Origin: Minisyncoccota bacterium
Lineage (GTDB): Bacteria; Patescibacteriota; Minisyncoccia; Phycocordibacterales; DSPV01
Direction: 5' to 3'
Assembly: GCA_041662545.1 (NCBI GenBank)
Contig: JBAZSH010000003.1
Span: 1,250 to 65,249, forward strand
DNA length: 64,000 nucleotides
Below the pieces are notes generated by a model. It was not told the origin of the DNA. It saw nothing but the letters and a program-made list of their open reading frames with translations, and made no database searches. Positions 39,117 to 48,843 of the stretch are shown here, piece by piece. A program made the translations under genes and the position numbers. The first letter of the stretch is position 1. Each line of letters starts with the position of its first letter.

Positions 39117-40078
39117 TTTTAATGAAACTTTTGTATTACAAATGTCTTAAATTTCAACCAAAATCATTAGCTTTGCTTAAACGAAATTTTGAGATTATCT
39201 CGCTTAATAATCCGGGCAAAGACACCAAAAAACTTCTAGAATCGATCGAGATTTCTTTTGCGCCACTAGGTTTCTTTTTCAACCGGGAGAAAATTGACTC
39301 AATGCCTAAACTTAAAATCATTGCTTCCAATACTACTGGCTACCCGCACATTGATGTTGACTACGCCAAAACCAAAGGGATAAAAGTAATAACTCTTAAA
39401 GGAGAAAATAAATTTTTGGATACTATTACACCGACCGCTGAACTAACCTGGGGTTTGATCATTGCTTTGACTAGACACCTAATTCCAGCCAGTCGTTTCG
39501 TTCTTGGCGGTAAATGGGATCGACGGCCATTTGGCGGTCAAACGATGCTTTCTCGCCTAACACTTGGAGTTGTTGGTTTGGGGCGATTGGGAAAAATGGT
39601 GGCTGAATACGGCAAGGCCTTTAGAATGAAAGTTATTTATTACGATCCCTTTGTCAAAAGTGCTGACCCGGAGTTATTGAAAATGTCTAATCTTAAGTCG
39701 TTGGCGTCCAAAGCGGATATTATTACAGTTCATGTGCCGGCAGAAAAAGAAAACACCGGACTGGTCGGTAAATATGTTTTTGATAAAATGAAAAAGGGTT
39801 CATATTTCGTAAATACTTCACGAGCTGAACTCGTTGATCATCGAGCATTACTCCAAGCTCTTCGGTCCGGTCATTTAGCCGGTGCCGCCTTAGATGTTTT
39901 CACTGGTGAATTTGAAAGAGATATCAATCAAAAACTCAAAAAACATCCGTTATTAGATTACGCCAAGAGGCACAGCAATCTTCTCATTACCCCCCACATA
40001 GGTGGTTCTACACAAGACGCTTGGTTGGAGACAGAGCTTTTTACCATTAAGCGGATTATGGAATCTTTTAAAAAATAA
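39113..40078 (+). CDS. D-isomer-specific 2-hydroxyacid dehydrogenase family, NAD-binding
   Basis: GVVGLGRLGKMVAEYG Rossmann motif, catalytic-domain RxE/H pattern; paralog of 48844..49788. Confidence 0.65.
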   Translation: MILMKLLYYKCLKFQPKSLALLKRNFEIISLNNPGKDTKKLLESIEISFAPLGFFFNREKIDSMPKLKIIASNTTGYPHIDVDYAKTKGIKVITLKGENKFLDTITPTAELTWGLIIALTRHLIPASRFVLGGKWDRRPFGGQTMLSRLTLGVVGLGRLGKMVAEYGKAFRMKVIYYDPFVKSADPELLKMSNLKSLASKADIITVHVPAEKENTGLVGKYVFDKMKKGSYFVNTSRAELVDHRALLQALRSGHLAGAALDVFTGEFERDINQKLKKHPLLDYAKRHSNLLITPHIGGSTQDAWLETELFTIKRIMESFKK

Positions 40079-40079
40079 A

Positions 40080-41162
40080 ATGGCCAAGGATATTATTTTA
40101 GGAAAAGTCGGCAATAAAAAAATTATTATTGGGCCGGGGCGTGAACCGTTATTAATTGCTGAAGCTGGTGTGCTTACTTGGGGAGAAGTAAAGCGCGGTT
40201 ATATTTTTGTTGACGAGGCAAAAAAGGCGGGTCTCAAGCTTATTAAGTTCCAAGCTTTCAATGCCGACCATGTGGTTTCAAAGAGCGATTCGTTTTGGCA
40301 TAATCGTTTGAAGCAGAGGGAACTTAGTAAGGAAAATTTTTTTAAAATTAAGAACTATGCCGAATCGAAAGGTCTTCTAGCTTTTGCCACCACGCACAAT
40401 GAATATGATTTGGTGAATTTTGCTAAGGATGGAATGGCAGTGCTCAAGATTGGTTCGGGGGACAGCAATAATTTTAGGATGATTGATTTGGCCCTTGAAA
40501 CTGGAAAGCCGGTTATTGTGTCGCTGGGTTTAATGGATGAGAAAGAAACCGAAATTGTTTTGAAAAAGTACAGGAAGCATGCGGATAAAATAGTTTTTAT
40601 GTATTGCGTTACGCTTTATCCGACGCCACCGGAAGCGGTTGATTTGTCAATCTTGGGAAGATGGAGAAAAAAGTATCCAGAATATAATTTTGGTTATTCC
40701 GACCATGTTTTGGGAAAAGAAGTTGCAGTTGCCGCCGTGATGAATGGCGCTTCCATTATTGAAAAACATCTTTGTTTGCCGGCTGATAGGGTTAAGCCAA
40801 AACACAAGAGTTATGATATTATTGTCGCCCTTATCCCAGATGAGATGAAAAAGTTAAACGAGGACATCAAGAATGTCAACACAACTGGCGGGCAGTCTTT
40901 TGTTAGAGTTCATCGAGTTCCATCAAAACTCGTTAAGAAAAATATTTTATGGGCACGCAAATCAATCACGGCTTTTTCGGCCATTAAGAAAGGTACCAAG
41001 ATTAAAGCTAAACAACTGGTTTCGTGTCGGCCATTTGACTCTCGAAAAGGTCATATTTCTATTGAATTTTTTGACGATTTAGTTGGCACTACAGCCGTTC
41101 ATGATATAGTTGCTGGGTCTTTCATTACCAAAGATGACATTTTTGGTTTTTCAAAAAAATAA
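40080..41162 (+). CDS. Nonulosonic (sialic-acid-like) acid synthase, NeuB family with C-terminal SAF domain
   Basis: LLIAEAGVLTWGEV...AKKAGLKLIKFQAF TIM-barrel N-terminus resembling NeuB IIAEIG...A(G)ADA(V)KFQ; start trimmed to ATG 40080 after upstream stop. Confidence 0.6.
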   Translation: MAKDIILGKVGNKKIIIGPGREPLLIAEAGVLTWGEVKRGYIFVDEAKKAGLKLIKFQAFNADHVVSKSDSFWHNRLKQRELSKENFFKIKNYAESKGLLAFATTHNEYDLVNFAKDGMAVLKIGSGDSNNFRMIDLALETGKPVIVSLGLMDEKETEIVLKKYRKHADKIVFMYCVTLYPTPPEAVDLSILGRWRKKYPEYNFGYSDHVLGKEVAVAAVMNGASIIEKHLCLPADRVKPKHKSYDIIVALIPDEMKKLNEDIKNVNTTGGQSFVRVHRVPSKLVKKNILWARKSITAFSAIKKGTKIKAKQLVSCRPFDSRKGHISIEFFDDLVGTTAVHDIVAGSFITKDDIFGFSKK

Positions 41163-41165
41163 ATC

Positions 41166-42479
41166 ATGAAGACGATTTTTATTACCAGCTTTCATATCTT
41201 GATATCGCGCAACATTCTGGCGACGGGTATTTTGCCTTTGCTTGCTAATGGGGGTAGGCGAGTAGTTATTCTTTGCCCAAAAAAGAAGGAGGAATTTTTT
41301 CGGAAAGAGTTTGAAAAAGATGGAGTAATAGTTGAACCAATAGCGGCAAAATTAAATTGGCGGGATTTTATCTGCCGTTTTTTGTCATTGGCGTCTTTGC
41401 GGACAAAAACTCTCTGGCTTAAACGGCGGACAGAAATGAAGGGTGTTGGCGCAGTTTTCTCAGAAATTATGCCAGTTTCTTTGATGGGTTGGCTGACACG
41501 CCGATTAAGTCCGATTCTTACACCTAAGAATCGTTTTCAATCGCTTCTGGAAAAATATAAGCCGGAACTGATTTTTGCCACCGATGTTCAAAATGAATTT
41601 GATGTATCTTTGATGGAGGCCGCCAGAAAGCGAAGCATAAAAATTGTTGGTATGGCTCGGTCTTGGGATAATTTAACAGCGAAAGGTTTGTTGCGAATTA
41701 TTCCTGATGTCTTGTTGGTTAACAACGAAATTGTGAAGAGGGAAGCGATGGAGCTTCACGGTGTTCCAGCTGAAAAAATTCAGGTTGTCGGTTTGCCACA
41801 CTATGATAATTATTTTCAGACGCCAAAACTTTCTCGTTCGGAATTAACCGAAAAACTTGGCTTGAGCGCCGAGAAAAAATTTGTTTTATTCGCGCCGGTT
41901 GGCGATCGCTATCTTGCTAATAATTTCGTTGATAAAAATGTTTTAACTTTACTTGATAAAATTTTACCGGCCGATTGGGAAATTTTGGTTCGTTTGCCGC
42001 CGGCCGATTCGGTGAAAGATTTTGAGTCGGGAAATTTATCAGGGCGGGTAAAAGTCTATCGACCTGGTAGACATCTTGGTAATATTAAAAATACAGAACT
42101 TTCTGTTGTCGACGATGAGATTTTAATCGCCAGCATCAAATACACCGATTTACTTGTCGTTGGGCCATCTACGATGGTTATTGATGCGGCAATTTTTGAT
42201 AAGCCGGTGATTTTGATTGGTTTTGACGGGAGGGAAAATCGGCCGTATCTTGAAAGTATCCGTCGCTATTATGATTACAATCATTTCCAGCCGATTATTG
42301 AAAGTGGCGGCGCCCCGCTAGCCCGAAGCGAGGAGGAGTTTAGAAAATTTGTTGGGGCGTATCTTGCTAATCCAGCCATTGATCGAGCGGGGCGCCGCAA
42401 GATTGTTGAGTCAGAATGTCAGTTTACCGATGGTCAATCTAGCCAACGAGTAGTTAAAGAATTGGAAAAATTTCTATGA
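41166..42479 (+). CDS. TagF/CDP-glycerol glycerophosphotransferase-like GT-B protein (paralog 3 of 4)
   Basis: ELIFATDVQNEFDVSLMEAARKRSIKIVGMARSWDNLT, KKFVLFAPVGD, GPSTMVIDAAIFDKPVILIGF. Confidence 0.4.
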   Translation: MKTIFITSFHILISRNILATGILPLLANGGRRVVILCPKKKEEFFRKEFEKDGVIVEPIAAKLNWRDFICRFLSLASLRTKTLWLKRRTEMKGVGAVFSEIMPVSLMGWLTRRLSPILTPKNRFQSLLEKYKPELIFATDVQNEFDVSLMEAARKRSIKIVGMARSWDNLTAKGLLRIIPDVLLVNNEIVKREAMELHGVPAEKIQVVGLPHYDNYFQTPKLSRSELTEKLGLSAEKKFVLFAPVGDRYLANNFVDKNVLTLLDKILPADWEILVRLPPADSVKDFESGNLSGRVKVYRPGRHLGNIKNTELSVVDDEILIASIKYTDLLVVGPSTMVIDAAIFDKPVILIGFDGRENRPYLESIRRYYDYNHFQPIIESGGAPLARSEEEFRKFVGAYLANPAIDRAGRRKIVESECQFTDGQSSQRVVKELEKFL

Positions 42480-43846
42480 GCAAAAAAATCAAAACAATTT
42501 TCCTGACGATTTTTGAAGGAGTGGAAGCAAAAAATTTGTTGCGCACTTCTGTTTTACCAACCTTGCTCGCTGATCCAGCGGTACGGATTATTTTATTCAC
42601 AAAAAGCGAGGAAAAAGTCGCATATTACAAAAAAGAATTTTCTGACTCGCGATTGATTTATGAAGTAGCGCCCCGCCAGCCGATTCGCGGTTGGGATGCG
42701 ATTTTCGCCCAATTAAAATTTACTTTGCTTCGAACCGCGACCACCGATTTGAAACGGTTGTTGAATTACAAGCGAGAGAAAAACTTTTTTCGCTACTATG
42801 GCGGTGTGTTTGCCAATCGGCTTTTAGCTTGGTCCATTGTCAGGAAAATTGTTCGCTGGTTGGATTTTGTCTTGGTTCGCCAAGATTTTTACGCGCCGGT
42901 TTTTGAAAAATATCAGCCCGATTTGGTTTTTCTTGCCCATCTTTTTGATGAACCGGAAATTGCTTTGTTGCGGGAAGCGAAAAAACAAAAGGTAAAAACT
43001 GTTGGACTGGTCAATTCTTGGGACAAAACAACTGCCCGCTGTATTTGGCGACTGTTGCCCGATAAAGCTATTGTTTTCAATAATATCGTCAAACGGGAAC
43101 TTGTGGTGCACGATGAAGTTAAAGTAGAAAACATTTTTGTTTCTGGTCTGCCTCAATACGATATTTACTGGAACGCCAAACCAAGTCCGCGTGAAGAATT
43201 TTTTAATGCCATCGGTATTAGCTCCGATAAAAAACTTATCGTCTACGCGCCAATAGGTCAGGCTTTTGGCGGTTGCGATTTTGAAATGATTGATTTGTTA
43301 AGAAAACTTTTGGCTGAAGGAAAATTTGGCAATGACGCTGAACTTTTTGTTCGTTTCCAGCCCAATGATTTTTTTGAAAAATCAGAAATTGAGAAAAGAC
43401 CTGACCTAAAGTTTGATTACCCGGGCCGGCGTTTTGGCACGAAACGCGGTGTTGATTGGGATATGGACGAAAGAGACATCAACCAGTTAGTGGATACTTT
43501 GGCTCACGCTTCAATCTTTATTTCCTACGCTTCCAGTATTGTTATTGATGCGGCGGTTTTCGGAAAACCGGTAATTAATATTGGTTTTGAAATTAGTGAA
43601 AACTTGAGGCCAGAAAACAAACCGACTCAATATTATCAAACTGATCACTATAAAAATGTCTTAGCGACAGGCGCGGTCAGATTGGTCAAAAATGTTTCTG
43701 AACTCGTTGAATGGACAAAAAAATATTTGGCGGGCAATTTTTCTGATAGGGGAACTCGGGAGCGATTGATAAAAGAACAGTGCCAATTTACCGACGGCAA
43801 ATCTGGTGAGCGAATTGGCAGGTTTATTCTTGAATTAATTAAATGA
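42476..43846 (+). CDS. TagF/CDP-glycerol glycerophosphotransferase-like GT-B protein (paralog 4 of 4)
   Basis: DLVFLAHLFDEPEIALLREAKKQKVKTVGLVNSWDKTT, KKLIVYAPIGQ, YASSIVIDAAVFGKPVINIGF; ATGA overlap with paralog 3. Confidence 0.4.
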   Translation: MSKKIKTIFLTIFEGVEAKNLLRTSVLPTLLADPAVRIILFTKSEEKVAYYKKEFSDSRLIYEVAPRQPIRGWDAIFAQLKFTLLRTATTDLKRLLNYKREKNFFRYYGGVFANRLLAWSIVRKIVRWLDFVLVRQDFYAPVFEKYQPDLVFLAHLFDEPEIALLREAKKQKVKTVGLVNSWDKTTARCIWRLLPDKAIVFNNIVKRELVVHDEVKVENIFVSGLPQYDIYWNAKPSPREEFFNAIGISSDKKLIVYAPIGQAFGGCDFEMIDLLRKLLAEGKFGNDAELFVRFQPNDFFEKSEIEKRPDLKFDYPGRRFGTKRGVDWDMDERDINQLVDTLAHASIFISYASSIVIDAAVFGKPVINIGFEISENLRPENKPTQYYQTDHYKNVLATGAVRLVKNVSELVEWTKKYLAGNFSDRGTRERLIKEQCQFTDGKSGERIGRFILELIK

Positions 43847-44859
43847 CCAAAAGAATTTTTATTACCGGCATCGCTGGTCAAGATGGATCTTATTTATCGG
43901 AATTTTTGGCCAAAAAGAAATGCCAAATTTTTGGTTTGACTAATCAAAAATATTCCGATAACGCGGTTTCAATGGAGGCGATAAAAAAGCTTGGTGACCA
44001 GGTTGTTTTAATTGATGGTGATATTGTTGATACTGGTTTACTAACGAAAATTTTTAAGGATATAAAACCGCACGAAATTTATAATTTGGCAGCAATTTCC
44101 AGTGTGGGTGAGTCCTTCAAGATTCCCGAAAAAGTGATGGAGATTAATTTTTACGCTTTTAAAAGATTGGTTGATGAGGCAATAGCTGTTGTGCCGAAGG
44201 TTAGAATTTATCAAGCGTCGTCGAGTGAAATGTTTGGTAAAGTCCCAGCGCCGCAGAATGAAAAAACAGATTTTAGGCCAGTTAGTCCTTACGGTGAATC
44301 AAAACTTCGTGCTCACAGGGAAGTTGTCTTGGAATATCGTAATAAAAAAGGTATTCATATTTGTTCTGGAATTATGTTTAATCACGAATCGCCACGGCGA
44401 GGTGAAAACTTTGTTACTCAAAAAATTGTTACCGATTTATCTAAAGTAAAACTTGGTTTGCTTGACCATATTGAATTGGGAAATTTGGATGTGGAAAGGG
44501 ATTGGGGTTTTGCCGGTGATTATGTAAAAGCAATGTATTTGATTTTAAACCACAGTAAACCCGATGATTATGTGATTGCTACTGGCAAAAGTCATACCGT
44601 ACGGGATTTCGTGAAGGAAGCCGCGAAAAATCTTGGTTTGAAAATAAAATGGCGCGGGCAGGGCGAGCGGGAGGAAGCAGTTGATAACAATGGAAAAATT
44701 TTGGTAAAAGTTAATCCGATTTTTTATCGTCCAAAAGAACTCGGCTCAACCTTTGGCGACAGCGCCAAAGCGCGGAAAATTTTGGGCTGGAAACCCGAAG
44801 TAAATTTTGTGGGATTGGTAAAAATGATGACGGCGGCAGCTCTAAAGCGCCATGTTTGA
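43843..44859 (+). CDS. gmd: GDP-mannose 4,6-dehydratase (second copy)
   Basis: [40 protein letters not shown]; paralog of 19032..20036. Confidence 0.8.
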   Translation: MTKRIFITGIAGQDGSYLSEFLAKKKCQIFGLTNQKYSDNAVSMEAIKKLGDQVVLIDGDIVDTGLLTKIFKDIKPHEIYNLAAISSVGESFKIPEKVMEINFYAFKRLVDEAIAVVPKVRIYQASSSEMFGKVPAPQNEKTDFRPVSPYGESKLRAHREVVLEYRNKKGIHICSGIMFNHESPRRGENFVTQKIVTDLSKVKLGLLDHIELGNLDVERDWGFAGDYVKAMYLILNHSKPDDYVIATGKSHTVRDFVKEAAKNLGLKIKWRGQGEREEAVDNNGKILVKVNPIFYRPKELGSTFGDSAKARKILGWKPEVNFVGLVKMMTAAALKRHV

Positions 44860-45835
44860 TTACTCAAAAACAAAAAAAGAAGAAATTAGTTGTAACCTTT
44901 GCGGTAGGAATGATTTTTCTGTTATCGCCAGAAAATCAAAAAATAATTTACCGGTGGTGACGGTAATGTGCCGAAAGTGTTCTTTAATCTATATTAATCC
45001 GCGAATGGTCAGTGAAGAATATGACAATTATTACAAATATTTTTACCGAGTAGACAGAAATACAATTAAAGGCACGACAGCTGATACTGAATTGGAAAAG
45101 AATTTTGAAAATGCCAGAAAATTTGGTCTAGCGCTTGGTCGGCGGTATCAAGAGTTTTTTAAACCCGGTTTGACGATTGACGTTGGTTCTTCCACCGGCG
45201 GCGTGCTCTATGGTTTGCGAGAGGCGATGCCGACTTTAAAAATCTTGGGTATTGAGCCGTCGGTAGCGGAATCAGAATTGGCAAGGAATCATGGAGTGCC
45301 AACCAAAACCATTTTATTTGAAAATTTTCGTGATAACTTACCCGAAGCGCCGGCCAACATTTTTTGCGTTCAGAGTTTGAATCATCTTTTGGATCCCAAG
45401 GGTTTTATGACTTGGGCTTACCAAACTTTGATTGACGGCGGTTCGCTGTTTTTGGCGGTGAAAAATTTTCGGTATCAAGCGCGCCGCGCCGGTTCAATAT
45501 CGGCTGGAGTTCAGATTGACCACCCTTATATGTTTACACCCGAAACCCTACGAGCAATGGTTGAGTCCGTTGGTTTTAGAATAGCAGTTTTTGAAGTTGA
45601 TGAAGGTAAAAGTCAGAATGAATTGTTAGAACAAAGAGCCGAGGGTTTGCCAAGACATCATATTCGCGTGGTGGCGGTGAAAGACAATAATTCAAATAAA
45701 GTCCAAATAGTTTTGCCCAATTTTTGGGCTCGGTTTAAACTTCGGTTGGCGCTTAGTTGGCCGATTTTGAAGTTGGTTTATCTAGCCAAGTATTCCCATT
45801 GGGGGGCTTGGCAAAAATCAAAGATTGTAGTATAG
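44852..45835 (+). CDS. SAM-dependent methyltransferase with N-terminal zinc-ribbon
   Basis: CNLCGRN...CRKCS Cys4 ribbon followed by TIDVGSSTGGVLYGL motif I. Confidence 0.5.
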   Translation: MFDYSKTKKEEISCNLCGRNDFSVIARKSKNNLPVVTVMCRKCSLIYINPRMVSEEYDNYYKYFYRVDRNTIKGTTADTELEKNFENARKFGLALGRRYQEFFKPGLTIDVGSSTGGVLYGLREAMPTLKILGIEPSVAESELARNHGVPTKTILFENFRDNLPEAPANIFCVQSLNHLLDPKGFMTWAYQTLIDGGSLFLAVKNFRYQARRAGSISAGVQIDHPYMFTPETLRAMVESVGFRIAVFEVDEGKSQNELLEQRAEGLPRHHIRVVAVKDNNSNKVQIVLPNFWARFKLRLALSWPILKLVYLAKYSHWGAWQKSKIVV

Positions 45836-45843
45836 TGTTGGCA

Positions 45844-46962
45844 ATGACAAAAAGACGGCCCAAAACAATAATAATTCCGGGTACAGACAAAATTCTCGGT
45901 GGCGAGGAAGTTTTTTTTGTGGCGGAAATTGGCAAGGGCTTCATTCAGACAGAAGTCGATCGACCGGCGAAAGAATATCTCGCCAATGCTAAACGGTTGA
46001 TTGATGAGGCGATTATCGCCGGCGCCGACGCGGTAAAGTTCCAAACCCACGAGGTTGATGATGAGCAGGCCAACATCCCAATTGTTTCGCCTCATTTTAA
46101 AGGTGCCGAGCGCTACGCTTGGGTGAAAAGAAACACTGAAGCGACGCCGCTTTCTTTTTGGCGGGCATTAAAAAATTACGCTGACAAAAAAGGTATTATT
46201 TTTTTCTCAACGGCGATGAGTCGATTGGCGGCAGAAAAACTGACTAAGGTCGGTGTGCCACTTTGGAAAGTTGGTTCTGGTGATGTGGAAGATTTCTCAA
46301 TGCTTGATTGTATGATTAAAACTGGTTTGCCGGTTATTATTTCCACCGGTATGGTGAGTTTTGCCGAGTTGGATGAAATCGTCGCTCATTTTAGAAAGCA
46401 TCAAACGCCACTTGCCATTTTGTATTGTGTTAGCGAGTATCCTTGTCCGCCGGAAAAATTTAATTTGGCTACTATTGAAAAAATAAAAGAAAAATATCCG
46501 GAAGTTGTTGTGGGCTTTTCTGACCACTCGGTGGGAAATTTAGAGCCAGTTTTGGCCGCTGTCAAATTGGGCGCTCGCATTGTGGAAAAACATTTTTCGC
46601 TCTCGCGGAATTTGTGGGGTTCGGACCATAAGGTTTCTATGACCCCACTGGAGTTTGCTGAAATGGTGCGCGCGGTGCGTGCCGGCGAATACAAAGAAGT
46701 TGCTCACCAAAAATTCTATGGTAGCAAAAATCGCGAGTTGGACGGTGCCAAAAATCGCTTTCGCCCCTACTTCAAGAAATCATTGGTGGCGGCGCGAGTT
46801 ATCAATAAAGGCGAAAAAATTTCCACTGAGATGATTCAGGCTTTGCGTCCAGCGAAACATCTTAAGGGTTTGCCATCGCGTGATTTTCATAAAGTGGTTG
46901 GTCGTGAGATGATTCGCCAAATTAAAAAAGGTCAGTCGTTAACCAAGCAAAATGTCCGATAA
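45844..46962 (+). CDS. Nonulosonic acid synthase, NeuB family with SAF domain (second copy)
   Basis: VFFVAEIGKGF...AIIAGADAVKFQTHE NeuB-type TIM-barrel N-terminus; start trimmed to ATG 45844. Confidence 0.65.
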   Translation: MTKRRPKTIIIPGTDKILGGEEVFFVAEIGKGFIQTEVDRPAKEYLANAKRLIDEAIIAGADAVKFQTHEVDDEQANIPIVSPHFKGAERYAWVKRNTEATPLSFWRALKNYADKKGIIFFSTAMSRLAAEKLTKVGVPLWKVGSGDVEDFSMLDCMIKTGLPVIISTGMVSFAELDEIVAHFRKHQTPLAILYCVSEYPCPPEKFNLATIEKIKEKYPEVVVGFSDHSVGNLEPVLAAVKLGARIVEKHFSLSRNLWGSDHKVSMTPLEFAEMVRAVRAGEYKEVAHQKFYGSKNRELDGAKNRFRPYFKKSLVAARVINKGEKISTEMIQALRPAKHLKGLPSRDFHKVVGREMIRQIKKGQSLTKQNVR

Positions 46963-48127
46963 ACCCAAACAAAAAAGAAAAGTTTGTTTCGTCATCACGA
47001 GTTTTATTCATTACTCGCGTGGTCTTTTCATTTTGGAAGAATTGAAAAATTGTTCGGATGTGGAGCTTCATATTGTCATCAGCGGTACCGCTTTGCTTGC
47101 CAAGTATTCTTCAAAGTTTTCCTATGTGAAAGATATTTTGGAGCGCGAAGGTTACAAAAATTTTCATGAGCTTTATTTCAATTTGGAAGGCGATAGCCAC
47201 ATCACTAAAGCAAAAACTACTGGTGTTGGTATTATAGAATTTTCCACTTTTTTCAATCATCTTAAACCGGATGTGGTAGTTTTGCGTGGCGATCGATTTG
47301 AAGTGTTGTCCGCTGCTGTGGCAGCCGCTTATTTACAAATTCCCATTGCTCATATTGAGGGGGGGGATGTTACCGGTTCCATTGATGAAAGCGTTCGCCA
47401 CGCCATTACTAAGCTCTCGCATTTACACTTTGCCACCAATGAAGACGCCAAAAAGAGAATTTTGCGAATGGGCGAAAATCCCAAATATGTTTTCAATTTT
47501 GGCAGTCCGGAAATTGAAGTGGTTCATCGGATAATCAACGGCAAACATCATATTGATTTTAGTCAGACCGGTTCTGGTGCGCCATTTGATATTAAGCAAG
47601 ATTTTTTGATGGTGATGTATCAGCCGTTAACCACCGAGACCGAGCGCTTGGCCGAATACACTAAGACCATTTTGTCGGCAGTTCACGAGACAGCGATTCC
47701 AACGCTTTGGTTCTGGCCTAATTTTGACACTGGGGCTGAAGAAATTTCTCGCACCTTGCGGGAGTTTCGTGATCAAACCAAAGACCACAAGATTCGTTTT
47801 ATGCGCTATTTACCACCGCGCGATTTTATCTGGCTTTTGAAACATACTCGGGCGCTTATTGGTAATTCTTCCTCTGGCATTAAAGAGTCATCCTATCTTG
47901 GTGTGCCGGTGGTTAATATTGGCGAGCGGCAGGGCGGGCGTTTACGGGCTAAAAATGTTTTGGATGTGTCGCACAAAAAAGAATATATTAAAAAAGCGAT
48001 TGAAAAACAAATCAGTAAAAATCGTTATCAGCCGTCCAAAATTTATTTCGCTAAGGATACGGCTCGCAAAATTGCCAAAACCTTGGCCACCACCAATCTT
48101 TATGTCCAAAAAAAATTCCACAACTAA
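46952..48127 (+). CDS. UDP-N-acetylglucosamine 2-epimerase, NeuC-like (hydrolysing type), second copy
   Basis: VVLRGDRFEVLSAAVAAAYLQIPIAHIEGGDVTGSIDESVRHAITKLSHLHFATNEDAKKRI, near-identical to NeuC consensus block. Confidence 0.75.
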   Translation: MSDKPKQKRKVCFVITSFIHYSRGLFILEELKNCSDVELHIVISGTALLAKYSSKFSYVKDILEREGYKNFHELYFNLEGDSHITKAKTTGVGIIEFSTFFNHLKPDVVVLRGDRFEVLSAAVAAAYLQIPIAHIEGGDVTGSIDESVRHAITKLSHLHFATNEDAKKRILRMGENPKYVFNFGSPEIEVVHRIINGKHHIDFSQTGSGAPFDIKQDFLMVMYQPLTTETERLAEYTKTILSAVHETAIPTLWFWPNFDTGAEEISRTLREFRDQTKDHKIRFMRYLPPRDFIWLLKHTRALIGNSSSGIKESSYLGVPVVNIGERQGGRLRAKNVLDVSHKKEYIKKAIEKQISKNRYQPSKIYFAKDTARKIAKTLATTNLYVQKKFHN

Positions 48128-48839
48128 ACCGAAAATTCTGGCGGTGATTACTGCCCGAGGTGGTTCTAAAGGTATACCGGGGAAAAACATTAAACCCTTG
48201 GGTGGCAAACCGTTGATTGCTTATTCCATTGATGCGGCAAAAAAGAGTAAGTTGATCACTCACCTTATTGTTTCTACCGATGATAAAAAAATCGCGCGGA
48301 TTGCTATAAAATATGGCGCCGAAGTACCGTTTTTGCGTCCGAAAAAATTAGCCCAAGATAAAACACCCCATGTGCCAGTGATGTGTCACGCCATAGAATT
48401 TGTGGAGAAAAAACTCGGCATTATTTTTGATTACGCCGTAATTCTACAGCCGACCTCTCCGTTTCGTTTGCCGGAAGATATTGATAACACCTTGGAGAAA
48501 CTTATTAAAAATAGCGCTGATAGTGCGGTGTCGTTGGTTGATGTTGATAATTATCATCCGGTGAAAGCTAAAAAATTAGCGGGTGATAAAGTGTTGCCAT
48601 ATATGACACCTGAACCCGAAGGCACTCGTCGGCAAGATTTTCCGCCGGCTTATCGTCGGAGTGGGGCAATTTACGCTATGCGTCGGGATTTATTGATAAA
48701 AGACAACCGACTTTATGGTGATTATATTGTTGGTCACATTGTGCCAGCCGAGCGCTCGGTGGATATTGATACGCCGTTTGAATGGTTTCGGGCCGAGTGG
48801 ATGTTGGAGGATTTAAAACGCAAAGGATATGAATTTTAA
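48102..48839 (+). CDS. Acylneuraminate (nonulosonate) cytidylyltransferase, NeuA-like (second copy); start uncertain
   Basis: KPKILAVITARGGSKGIPGKNIKPLGGKPLIAYSIDAA; first in-frame ATG (48102) lies 26 nt inside the neuC-like gene in another frame; the long upstream ORF extension is implausible. Confidence 0.6.
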   Translation: MSKKNSTTKPKILAVITARGGSKGIPGKNIKPLGGKPLIAYSIDAAKKSKLITHLIVSTDDKKIARIAIKYGAEVPFLRPKKLAQDKTPHVPVMCHAIEFVEKKLGIIFDYAVILQPTSPFRLPEDIDNTLEKLIKNSADSAVSLVDVDNYHPVKAKKLAGDKVLPYMTPEPEGTRRQDFPPAYRRSGAIYAMRRDLLIKDNRLYGDYIVGHIVPAERSVDIDTPFEWFRAEWMLEDLKRKGYEF

Positions 48840-48843
48840 TTAT

